From Archangium sp. (GTDB taxonomy: Bacteria; Myxococcota; Myxococcia; Myxococcales; Myxococcaceae), in the NCBI GenBank assembly GCA_031367385.1, contig JANLPS010000053.1, positions 1-19,913 of the forward strand: 19,913 nucleotides of DNA, written 5' to 3'. The notes below the pieces were generated by a model that was given only the letters and a program-made list of their open reading frames with translations, was not told the DNA's origin and did not search any database. This document shows, piece by piece, positions 1-7,975 of this stretch. The position numbers and the translations under genes were made by a program. The stretch's first letter is position 1. Each line of letters starts with the position of its first letter.

Positions 1-1
1 C

Positions 2-745
2 TCTCGCCGACTCTGTGATCGCCACTTCGGCATCGGCGCCGATGGCGTGCTCACCATTCTCAAAACCCCTGCCGGCCTCGACCAGATGGTGGTTCACAAC
101 GCCGACGGCAGCGTCGCCGAGATGTGCGGCAATGGCCTGCGCTGCGTGGTCAAGCACCTCGCCGAAGCCAGCGGTCAACACCCCGCAACCCTCAAGGTCT
201 CGACCGGCGCCGGCGTGCTCGACTCAGCCATCGAGTGGTCGACCGAGGGCACCGTCACGCGCGTCACCGTCGCGATGGGCCCCGCGCGCCTCGAATCACC
301 CAGCCTGCCCAACGGAGGCCCCTTCATCAGGCAGCGCCTCGAGGGCTTCGACGAGCTTCTCGTCACCGCGGTCAGCATGGGCAACCCCCACTGCGTGCTC
401 CTCGACACGCCCCCCAGCGAGGCCGCGCACCTCGGGCCCGCGCTCGAGAAGCACCCGCTCTTTGTGCACCGCACCAATGTCGAGCTCGTCAGATCTCGCA
501 GTGCAGCAAAAGGCGGCGGCCTCGAGGTCACCGTGTGGGAACGCGGCGTCGGGTTGACCCTCGCCTGCGGCACGGGCGCCTGCGCGGCCGTGGTCGCTTC
601 GATGCTCGACGGCCGTTCACCCGCAGACGAGTGGGTGCCCGTCGAGCTCCCCGGCGGCGTGTTGGAGATCAAGGTCGCCAAGAACCTGAGCCAGGTGTGG
701 CTGCGCGGCAGCGTTGAGCGCGTCTACCAGGGGCAGCTCGCGTGA
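2..745 (+). CDS. dapF: Diaminopimelate epimerase (5' end outside window)
   Basis: Frame is open from position 2 (SRRLCDRHFGIGADGVL). It carries the DapF motifs NADGSVAEMCGNG, SMGNPH, TNVE and WERGVGLTLACGTGACA, including both catalytic Cys. Confidence 0.97.
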   Translation, partial: SRRLCDRHFGIGADGVLTILKTPAGLDQMVVHNADGSVAEMCGNGLRCVVKHLAEASGQHPATLKVSTGAGVLDSAIEWSTEGTVTRVTVAMGPARLESPSLPNGGPFIRQRLEGFDELLVTAVSMGNPHCVLLDTPPSEAAHLGPALEKHPLFVHRTNVELVRSRSAAKGGGLEVTVWERGVGLTLACGTGACAAVVASMLDGRSPADEWVPVELPGGVLEIKVAKNLSQVWLRGSVERVYQGQLA

Positions 746-2142
746 CCTTCGAGCAGCGCTGCCTCAACCTCGTCGGGCTGAGCGACATCGAGGCGCTCCA
801 AGAACGAATTCTTCACGAGCTGTGTGAGCTCACCGGCGCCCAGAGCGGGGCCCTGTGGGTCTCTGGTGAGCGCCCGGGTCTGCGCCTGCGTGCGTGGCGC
901 GGGCTGGTCGACCGCCAGAGCCTGCCCGACTCGGTCGACCCCTCACTCATTCAATCAGCCGCCTGGCGCGCGGGGGAGTCGCTCCTCGTGCCGCTGATCA
1001 CCTCATCGAGCGAGGTGCAGGGCCTGGTGCAGCTCCAAGACCCCATCGCGGCCAGGTTTTCTGAAGACCTCCTGCACCCGACGCAGATTCTCGGTCAGTT
1101 CGCTTCATCGGCGCTCAAAACCGCGACCAAATTCGCGCAGTTGCAGCGGCAGGGCCTCAGAGATCGCGAGACCGGCGCCTACACCCTCTCGTACTTCTCC
1201 GACTACGCCACCAAAGAAATCTACAAAGCCCGCCGCTACGGCCGCTCGTTCTCACTGCTGACCTTCTCGCTCGACAACCTGCAGCAGCTGCGGCTGCGTC
1301 TCGGCCCGGCCGCCGGCCGCCAAGCGCAGCAGGTCATGCTGCGGGTCATCTCGCAGATCATTCGAGACGCCGACGTGGTGGCCCGCGCCACCGACCAAGA
1401 ATTTCACGTGCTCTTGCCCGAGACCGACTTCTTCGGCGGCCTGATGTTTCTGCGCCGGGCCCTCACCAGCGTCGCCGAAGAGCCCGACGCCCGCGCGCTC
1501 GAGTCGCGCGTCACCATGGGGCTCACCGGCGGCGTCGCTACCTTCCCCCGTGACGGTGACGACTTCGACGACCTGCTCGTTCGCTGCCGAAGGAGAATGG
1601 ACGAGCGCCGTGGCTCGCTGCACCACCACCTCAAGCTCGACCCGCTCTCGTTCTGGGAGGAGATCGAGCTGCTCGTTGGCAACGCCCGCTCACCGCGCCT
1701 GCCCGAAGCCCCCGGAGAGCCGTCACGCCGAGGCAAGGTCGCCGACGTGCTCTTCGACGAGCTGCAGACCGAGATCGCCCGGGAGCTGCTGCGAGAGCCC
1801 ACCGCGCGAGGCCTGCTCTACATCGGCGGCCCCTCCATTCGCAGCGATCTGCCCATTGTGCAGGCGCTCGAGGCGGCCCCCAATGAGTTCGCCCCCCGGG
1901 TCTACGTCATCGGCCGCCGCGCCGACCTCGCCACCCACCCCTCGATGACCCCGGTCTTTCTCGAAGGCGATGAGCGCCTGACACGCAACGAATTTCTGCT
2001 CTGGCTCGGCGACGGCTCGGCCTACGGCTTGGTGCAACGACGGGGCAGGGGAGCCACCTGGGGCTTTCACACTTCCGACCCGACGCTGGTCGAGGGCCTC
2101 GTCTCGAAGCTTCAGTCTGAATACGACCTTCAGCCGTACTGA
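742..2142 (+). CDS. GAF - degenerate GGDEF - DICT-like domain protein (probable c-di-GMP receptor)
   Basis: GTGA overlap with the dapF stop. N-terminal GAF-like segment (AQSGALW...LLVPL...GLVQL...FSEDL). GGDEF fold (RDRETG, RRYGRSFSLL, GGVATFPRDG) with ARATDQEF replacing ARYGGEEF and an RDAD I-site. The C-terminus resembles DICT. Confidence 0.88.
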   Translation: MTFEQRCLNLVGLSDIEALQERILHELCELTGAQSGALWVSGERPGLRLRAWRGLVDRQSLPDSVDPSLIQSAAWRAGESLLVPLITSSSEVQGLVQLQDPIAARFSEDLLHPTQILGQFASSALKTATKFAQLQRQGLRDRETGAYTLSYFSDYATKEIYKARRYGRSFSLLTFSLDNLQQLRLRLGPAAGRQAQQVMLRVISQIIRDADVVARATDQEFHVLLPETDFFGGLMFLRRALTSVAEEPDARALESRVTMGLTGGVATFPRDGDDFDDLLVRCRRRMDERRGSLHHHLKLDPLSFWEEIELLVGNARSPRLPEAPGEPSRRGKVADVLFDELQTEIARELLREPTARGLLYIGGPSIRSDLPIVQALEAAPNEFAPRVYVIGRRADLATHPSMTPVFLEGDERLTRNEFLLWLGDGSAYGLVQRRGRGATWGFHTSDPTLVEGLVSKLQSEYDLQPY

Positions 2143-2154
2143 CCCGCCCAACCC

Positions 2155-3681
2155 ATGGCCCAAGCGCGCAAAATTCTCATCGCCGACCCTGACCTGGGCC
2201 CCGTGCGCCCACTGACCAAGGCGCTGCGTCAGCGCGGCTACCACGTGCAGTACGCGCCTGACGGCACCAAGGCGCTCGAAATTGCCGTGCTCCGCCACCC
2301 CGACGTGATTCTCTTCGACGAGCAGTGCACGCTGATTGAAGCGCGCAACTTCATGCAGATCCTCAACACCAACCCGCGCACCGACGACATACCCATCGTC
2401 GTCACCACCGCGTCGCGCGACGTCGAGCACCTGCGGGGCTTTCGCGAAGGGTTTCTGCACAAGCCGTACAACCTCGACGAGGTGCTCTCGCGAATCGATC
2501 ACCTCTGCCGCCGTGGCGAGACCGCGCGCGAGCTCCGAGGAGACGCCAAGGAGATCGAAGGCGGCCTCACCCAGCTGCCCCTCGCCGACCTGCTGCAAAT
2601 TCTCTCGATGAACCGACGCACCGGCAAATTGGTGCTCACCCACGGCCAGGAGCGCGGCGAAATTCACCTCGCCAACGGCCGCCCGGTGAACGCCCGAATC
2701 GGCGACATCGAGTCTGAGAAGGCACTCTTTCGCCTGATCTCGTGGAAGGAGGGCAGCTTCGCCTTCGTACCGGGGCCCGCCCCCGCCCGCGCCCGCATCG
2801 ACCGCGTGATGGAAGACGCGTTGCTCGAAGGCATGCGCCAGTCTGACGAGCGTGGGCGACTGCTCGATGGGCTGCCATCACTTCACCAGCTACTCTCGGT
2901 CGCCCCCGACGCCGACGTGCCCGTCGAGCCGCACCCGGTGACCGCCGAGGTCTTGAGGGTGCTCTCCCAACCCCGGCGCCTCTCCGAGATTCTCGACTTC
3001 GCCGACGTGCCCGACCTCGACGTGCTCGGCGCCGTCGGGGCCCTGATGCAACGCGGCGTCGTTCAACGCCACCAGGGCTCCGCCACCACCGACGGCCCGC
3101 TGCTCGGCACCGCCGAAATTCACGCCCTTCGCGGCAAATTGATGCGTGGCCGCGCCGCGCGAAACGCCCTCGTCGCCAAGGTCATCGTGTGCGGCACCGG
3201 CGGTAAGTCGGGCCGCTGGCTGCTCCGTTCAGTGCCCGGTTTGCTCAGTGCGGTGAGCTCTCCAGCGTGCCTGCGAAGCAGCTTTGGCACCCTGGGCCGG
3301 CTCGAGGTGAGCGACGTGCTCCGAGTCGACTTCGTCTACGTGCCGACCACCCTGGCCGCCCGGCCCCTCTGGAGGCCCTTCATCACCGGGGCCCTCGGCG
3401 CCATCGTGGTCGAGAGCACCGAAGCCGTGCTCAACCTCGCGCGATTCTGCGCGTTTGAGATGCGGCTCCCGGTGGTCTTCGCGACCAAGAACGCCTCGAA
3501 CGGAGCCACTGATCTCGACGCGCTCCCGCCCTCCCTTCGGGCGGCTCCCTTGGGCGCGGCCGTGGTGAGCACCGACATCAGCGCGGCCGTTCGAACGCTG
3601 CTGCTCGCCGCGATGACCGCCCCCACCAATGGTGATCTCACTGAGGCGATGGTGGTGCGACATCGACCGGGGCTCGGGTAG
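2155..3681 (+). CDS. Response-regulator receiver - DUF4388 (PATAN-like) - degenerate small GTPase-like domain protein
   Basis: REC domain: KILIADPD, PDVILFD, IPIVVTT, FLHKP. DUF4388: EGGLTQLPLADLLQILSMNRRTGKL...LISWKEGSFAF...LLEGMRQSDE. The C-terminal region resembles MglA-type GTPases. Confidence 0.88.
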   Translation: MAQARKILIADPDLGPVRPLTKALRQRGYHVQYAPDGTKALEIAVLRHPDVILFDEQCTLIEARNFMQILNTNPRTDDIPIVVTTASRDVEHLRGFREGFLHKPYNLDEVLSRIDHLCRRGETARELRGDAKEIEGGLTQLPLADLLQILSMNRRTGKLVLTHGQERGEIHLANGRPVNARIGDIESEKALFRLISWKEGSFAFVPGPAPARARIDRVMEDALLEGMRQSDERGRLLDGLPSLHQLLSVAPDADVPVEPHPVTAEVLRVLSQPRRLSEILDFADVPDLDVLGAVGALMQRGVVQRHQGSATTDGPLLGTAEIHALRGKLMRGRAARNALVAKVIVCGTGGKSGRWLLRSVPGLLSAVSSPACLRSSFGTLGRLEVSDVLRVDFVYVPTTLAARPLWRPFITGALGAIVVESTEAVLNLARFCAFEMRLPVVFATKNASNGATDLDALPPSLRAAPLGAAVVSTDISAAVRTLLLAAMTAPTNGDLTEAMVVRHRPGLG

Positions 3682-3886
3682 CCGCCGATCGCGACGCTCG
3701 AGGAGAAACCGGCGACGAGGCAGTGGCCCCAGTGATGCATCGAGGCCCGGCATGCCTTCGCTTTCGATTCAGCCGTCGCAGAACACCATCGAGCACGTCG
3801 TGCACGCCTCCGAGCGCGCTCGCCGCCGCGTTCACCCCCGCCGCATTCGGGGCCCGGAGTGGTCCACTGCACTGCACCTGCCTCAA

Positions 3887-4216
3887 TCAGCGTGAAAGCA
3901 GCTCTTTGACGCCGGGCAGCCGGCACAACAGCTCGTATTCAGCCGCGTCGAGCCGAGTCGTTCGTGAGCTCCGCAGGCGTTCGAGGCGCAAGGCCACCAC
4001 CACCACGCCGTCACCGTTTTGCGTGGTTTCAATGCGCGAGACCCCACCCTCGGCCGCACAGGCTTTCAAGTCGCTCGCCAGACCCTTGAGTCGCTTCCAG
4101 ATGCGCAAGGCCAGGCGGCCTTCGTCGTTGTCGAAGGTGTGAAAATGCTTGTTTCGTGACAGCGGCTTGGCCGGGTCGAACAGGCGCTCCACCAGCCTGT
4201 GAACGAAGGGATCCAT
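3887..4216 (-). CDS. Hypothetical protein (109 aa)
   Basis: ATG-started ORF with protein-like composition (PLSRNKHFHTF), filling the gap between flanking genes. An extended -10 element lies just upstream. Confidence 0.8.
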   Translation of the reverse strand: MDPFVHRLVERLFDPAKPLSRNKHFHTFDNDEGRLALRIWKRLKGLASDLKACAAEGGVSRIETTQNGDGVVVVALRLERLRSSRTTRLDAAEYELLCRLPGVKELLSR

Positions 4217-4226
4217 CAGGCGGCGC

Positions 4227-4248
4227 AGGGTAGCACCCGTGGTAGCTT
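4227..4248. promoter_or_regulatory. Back-to-back extended -10 promoters
   Basis: TGgTAGCTT on + (4240-4248) lies 12 nt before ATG 4261. TGcTACCCT on - (4235-4227) lies 10 nt before ATG 4216. Confidence 0.5.
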
Positions 4249-4260
4249 CGGTCGCTCACC

Positions 4261-5148
4261 ATGGGTCGTAAAGGCAGCGGCACCATCACCGTTGAGTCGA
4301 GCCTCAAGCCGCTCGAGGTGCAGCGCACGTCTGCGCTGGTCGTCATTCACGGTGAAGGTCTGGGCAAGAAACACGACTTGGTGACCAGCTCGCTGAGCAT
4401 CGGCCGCGCCTCTCGCAACGACATTCAGGTCGATCAGGAGTCGGTCAGCCGCACCCACGCCAAGCTCAAGATCGAGCGCGAGCGGGTCAGCATCGAAGAC
4501 AACGGCTCGACCAACGGCACCTTCGTCAATGATGAGCAGATCGTGGGCAGCGTCGAGCTCCGCAACGGCGACTTCATCAACATCGGCCGTACGATCTTCA
4601 AGTTCATCGCCGGCAACAACATCGAGGCCGTGTACCACGACGAGGTGTACCGGCTGACCACCGTCGACGGCCTGACTCAGGTCTTCAACCGCAGGTACTT
4701 CGAAGACACGTTGGGCCGAGAGATCGCCCGCTGCCGCCGGCACCACCGCGCGCTGTCGCTGGTGATGATCGACATCGATTGGTTCAAGAAGATCAACGAC
4801 AACCACGGGCACCTCGCCGGCGACGCCGTGCTGAAGGGCGTCTCGACGGTGATCAAGACCCGCGTGCGTCACGAAGACGTGGTGGCCCGGTATGGCGGCG
4901 AAGAGTTCGTGCTGCTGCTGCCCGAGATCACCGTCAAGGGGGCGACCACGCTGGCTGAAAAACTGCGAAGGGCCGTCGAGAAACAGACCTTTCGCTTCGA
5001 TGGAGCCCAGATCCCCGTCACCATCTCGGCCGGCATCTCGAACATCACCAAGCACGTCACCGATGGCACCGGGCTGGTCAAGTTGGCCGATGAGCGGCTC
5101 TACGCGGCGAAGGCAGCCGGGCGAAACCAGGTCAACGCTTCGACGTAA
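4261..5148 (+). CDS. FHA-domain diguanylate cyclase (FHA-GGDEF)
   Basis: FHA: IGR, SVSRTHA, GSTNGTFVN. GGDEF: DGLTQVFNRR, DIDWFKKINDNHGHLAGD, RHED I-site and RYGGEEF, all intact. Confidence 0.96.
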   Translation: MGRKGSGTITVESSLKPLEVQRTSALVVIHGEGLGKKHDLVTSSLSIGRASRNDIQVDQESVSRTHAKLKIERERVSIEDNGSTNGTFVNDEQIVGSVELRNGDFINIGRTIFKFIAGNNIEAVYHDEVYRLTTVDGLTQVFNRRYFEDTLGREIARCRRHHRALSLVMIDIDWFKKINDNHGHLAGDAVLKGVSTVIKTRVRHEDVVARYGGEEFVLLLPEITVKGATTLAEKLRRAVEKQTFRFDGAQIPVTISAGISNITKHVTDGTGLVKLADERLYAAKAAGRNQVNAST

Positions 5149-6196
5149 TCGAGCTGACCCGCCACAACCGTTCGTCCTGAGGCTCTCGAAGGACCCAGAG
5201 ATCCTGATCGTCATTCGCCGAAAACGAGCTCGCGGCAATCAACCACTGCGCCGTCTCCTCGAGAATCTCCTGTCGGGTCTGCTCAGCTCGATGAATCGCA
5301 ATCGCGCGTCGCCGCCGAACGTGCGCCAAGACCAACAGCACCGATGACAGGGCCCAGATGATCGAACCGCCACTGAGAATGATCGTCCACCACGGGTAGC
5401 GGCGGGGCAGGTCATCGCGAAACGCCTGCTCCTCGGCCGACAGTGGCGAGTGAAACGCCTTGCCGAGCGCCTTCTCGAAGTTGTCTCCAGCGGCGACATG
5501 GTCAATCAACTCGCCAAAGGCCGCCGGGCCGTGCCGATCACGCAAGAACCGAACGAACGCAGCGCTCTGCGCATACGCCACCTCGACGTCTTCAGCCTTG
5601 TCAGGAAAACCGCGCGCCAGATCATCGAATCGAAACACCCGATCGGTCGACACCGCCTGAGCCAGCAGCGCGAACTGCGAGACCTTGAACCGGCGCTCAC
5701 CAGTCAGATCTTGGGCGAGGCCCTCTTGAAACCAACGCGGCCAGCCGTGCCCCAACTGCCCCAGCGCGACGTGGACCAGCTCGTGGCGAAACGTCGTCTG
5801 GCCATCGCCCTGAATCAGCGAGTGCGCCTCGACCAGCATCACGTTCTGCTCGGGGTAGGCGAGGGCGACGGCCCACCCGGGAGGCACCCCTCCCGGCAGC
5901 GCGAGCGACTCGTATTCATCGCGGCCAAACCCGAGGCGAACCTCGGTCACCCCAGGCCAATCACGGCCCAGCACCGAGCGCACATCGTCGCGAAGCCGCT
6001 CGATGTCTTTGGCCAGAAACGCCGCCGCTCCAGCCGCCTTCTCGGTGTACGCGAGCCGAAATCGAGCCGTCGTCAGCACCTGTGTAGTCGGAGGTACGAC
6101 CAGTCGCGACGTTGAAGCCTCGGTCAGTGGCACGCCGTCTTCAGCGCCCGGGGGCGGAGCAATGGCCAGCACCGCCGCGATCAGGAGCCCAAGCAC
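5132..6196 (-). CDS. Exported, C-terminally membrane-anchored zinc metallopeptidase (peptidase MA/gluzincin-like)
   Basis: Signal-peptide-like N-terminus, HELVH (HExxH) followed by PRWFQEGLA, AYAQS motif, then a C-terminal TM helix followed by RRRR. Confidence 0.9.
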   Translation of the reverse strand: MLGLLIAAVLAIAPPPGAEDGVPLTEASTSRLVVPPTTQVLTTARFRLAYTEKAAGAAAFLAKDIERLRDDVRSVLGRDWPGVTEVRLGFGRDEYESLALPGGVPPGWAVALAYPEQNVMLVEAHSLIQGDGQTTFRHELVHVALGQLGHGWPRWFQEGLAQDLTGERRFKVSQFALLAQAVSTDRVFRFDDLARGFPDKAEDVEVAYAQSAAFVRFLRDRHGPAAFGELIDHVAAGDNFEKALGKAFHSPLSAEEQAFRDDLPRRYPWWTIILSGGSIIWALSSVLLVLAHVRRRRAIAIHRAEQTRQEILEETAQWLIAASSFSANDDQDLWVLREPQDERLWRVSSITSKR

Positions 6197-6203
6197 GGGG
6201 CGA

Positions 6204-6231
6204 AGGTTAACCCGTCAAACGCCCTCGGCAA
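6204..6231 (-). promoter_or_regulatory. Putative sigma70-type promoter giving a leaderless peptidase mRNA
   Basis: TTGCCG (6231-6226), 16-nt spacer, TAACCT (6209-6204), then 7 nt to GTG 6196. No Shine-Dalgarno sequence. Confidence 0.45.
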
Positions 6232-6343
6232 CCAGCCCCACCAAACGGGCCGTTACTGTTCAGCATTTCGATTGGCCAGCATCGTGACGACCGGCCTCGG
6301 GGCAACGCCAGCGTCTCGACTTAATTTGCCCGAGCGGTGCAAG

Positions 6344-6634
6344 TCAGGGCCCGGTGAGCGATCCCTGAACGGCGCTGAGCGTGACGCCGTCGACCCGAAG
6401 CCGCTTTCGGCGTGAGGCCTGACCCTCGAACAGGGTGACCTGATGCTTTCGCACCCCGAGCGCGTCGGCGACGAACTGAATCAACGCTGCGTTCGCCTCC
6501 CCGTCGACCGGGGGCGCCGCCAGTGCGATCTTCAACCGCCCGTCGTGCTCGCCGACCACCCTGGTGCGCGACGCGCGGGGCTGTACCAACACCAGCACCT
6601 CGACGCCGCCAGGCACTTCACGCAGCCAACTCAC
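6344..6634 (-). CDS. yggU: DUF167/UPF0235 (YggU) family protein
   Basis: Motifs VQPRASR, LKIALAAPPVDGEANAALI and GQASRRK. GTGA overlap with the divIVA stop. Confidence 0.95.
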   Translation of the reverse strand: MSWLREVPGGVEVLVLVQPRASRTRVVGEHDGRLKIALAAPPVDGEANAALIQFVADALGVRKHQVTLFEGQASRRKRLRVDGVTLSAVQGSLTGP

Positions 6635-7137
6635 TGATCAGACGACGACTTTTTTCTCAAAAACGACACCTCACCACCCGGTGCCGGAGCGCTCGTCTTG
6701 AACGTCTCGAGCAACTTTCGATGCGCATCGATCACCGACTCGAGCTGCGACTCGAACTGCACTTTTTGCCGCTTCAATTCACTCATGTCGCGCGACAAAT
6801 CGACCAGCCTGTTGTTCGCGCTCGCGATGATCTTATCGGCCTGCAGCTCAGCTTCGGCCCGAATCACCGACGCCTCTCTTTTTGCCTGGGCCTGAAGGTC
6901 CTCACTGATCCGCTGCGCGGTCACCATCGTCTCTTGCAGGGTCTTCTCGCGCTCCAAGTGCTGCTCGAGCCGAGCCTGGGTGCGTTTGAGCTCTTCTTTG
7001 AGCCCGATGTTCTCGCGCACCACGTCTTCAAACTCAGCGGCGGTGAGCTCCAAGAAGCCCTCGACCTCCTTCTTCGAATAGCCGCGCATCGCGACCTCGA
7101 AGCGTTTTTGCCGAATGTCGAGCGGAGTCATCTTCAT
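6631..7137 (-). CDS. divIVA: DivIVA domain protein
   Basis: N-terminus MTPLDIRQKRFEVAMRGYSKKEVEGFL followed by a long coiled coil (AKREASVIRAEAE). Upstream GAGGA SD. Confidence 0.93.
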   Translation of the reverse strand: MKMTPLDIRQKRFEVAMRGYSKKEVEGFLELTAAEFEDVVRENIGLKEELKRTQARLEQHLEREKTLQETMVTAQRISEDLQAQAKREASVIRAEAELQADKIIASANNRLVDLSRDMSELKRQKVQFESQLESVIDAHRKLLETFKTSAPAPGGEVSFLRKKSSSDQ

Positions 7138-7147
7138 GGCGAAATCC

Positions 7148-7975
7148 TCACGGCTGCTTTTCGAGAAATTGGTCGCCGAGCTCTTTGGCGCGGCGGGTGG
7201 CGGCTTCGACTGCGTCCATCAACGTGGTGCGCAACCCGCCGGCTTCGAGCGTATGCAGCCCCGCGATGGCGGTACCACCGGGGCTGGTCACTTGATCCTT
7301 CAAATGGCCAGGGTGCTGGCCGGTCTCGAGCAGCAAGTGGGCGCTGCCCAGCACTGTCTGCGCCGCCAACTTCAAAGCGATGTGCCGCGACAGCCCGACC
7401 TTCACGCCTGCGTCAGACAACGCCTCGATGATGAGAAAAATGTACGCCGGGCCGCTGCCCGACAACCCGGTCACTGCGTCGAGCTGCGACTCGTCGAGCA
7501 CGGTCGTCAGGCCCACCGCATCGAAGACCTTGGTCGCCAAAGCCACGTCATCAGGCGTGGCGTGCTCACCGCCAGAAATCGCCGTCGCTCCTCGCCCCAC
7601 CAGGGCGGGTGTGTTCGGCATCGCCCGCACGATGCGCGTACCAGGCCCGAAGCGTCGCTCGATGGCCGCAATCGGCACTCCCGCTGCGACGGAGATCACC
7701 AACTTCGTCGCGTTGATCGCCGGAGCGATCTGCGTGAGCACCTTGTCCATCGCCTGGGGCTTCATGCACAGCACGATCACCTCGGCCGCCGAGGCCGCGG
7801 CCAGGTTGTCGAAGCCGACCCGAATGCCATGCGCCTGCTGCAGCTCGGTCTGCTTTTCGGCCCGCTTCACCGTAGCGCTGATGGTCGACGGCTTGGTGCC
7901 CGCGCGAACCAGGCCCTTGATCAGCGCGTTCGCCATGTTGCCGGCGCCTAAAAACGCAATCGTATTTTCGATCAT
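7148..7975 (-). CDS. proC: Pyrroline-5-carboxylate reductase
   Basis: Motifs FLGAGNMA, MKPQ, ISVAAG, RAMPNTP, LSGSGPAY and VTSPGGTAI. Confidence 0.98.
   Translation of the reverse strand: MIENTIAFLGAGNMANALIKGLVRAGTKPSTISATVKRAEKQTELQQAHGIRVGFDNLAAASAAEVIVLCMKPQAMDKVLTQIAPAINATKLVISVAAGVPIAAIERRFGPGTRIVRAMPNTPALVGRGATAISGGEHATPDDVALATKVFDAVGLTTVLDESQLDAVTGLSGSGPAYIFLIIEALSDAGVKVGLSRHIALKLAAQTVLGSAHLLLETGQHPGHLKDQVTSPGGTAIAGLHTLEAGGLRTTLMDAVEAATRRAKELGDQFLEKQP

Noticed and set aside
5200..5235. tmRNA-tag-like ANDD peptide near the peptidase C-terminus
   Set aside because: It is internal, not followed by a terminal ALAA-type end, and no tmRNA structure is visible.
4216..5238. Long antisense or shifted ORFs (for example 1723-2667, 4216-5238, 7115-7951, 11787-12809, 18192-19016)
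   Set aside because: Shadow ORFs of well-supported genes, expected in high-GC DNA, with no recognisable motifs.
6250..6340. Possible c-di-GMP-I (GEMM) riboswitch on the minus strand (GGGCAAA...CGAGA)
   Set aside because: No pairing around the GNRA-like loop and no GACGCAAA or P3 motif. Only an imperfect hairpin CTCGGGCAA/TTGCCCCGAG is present.
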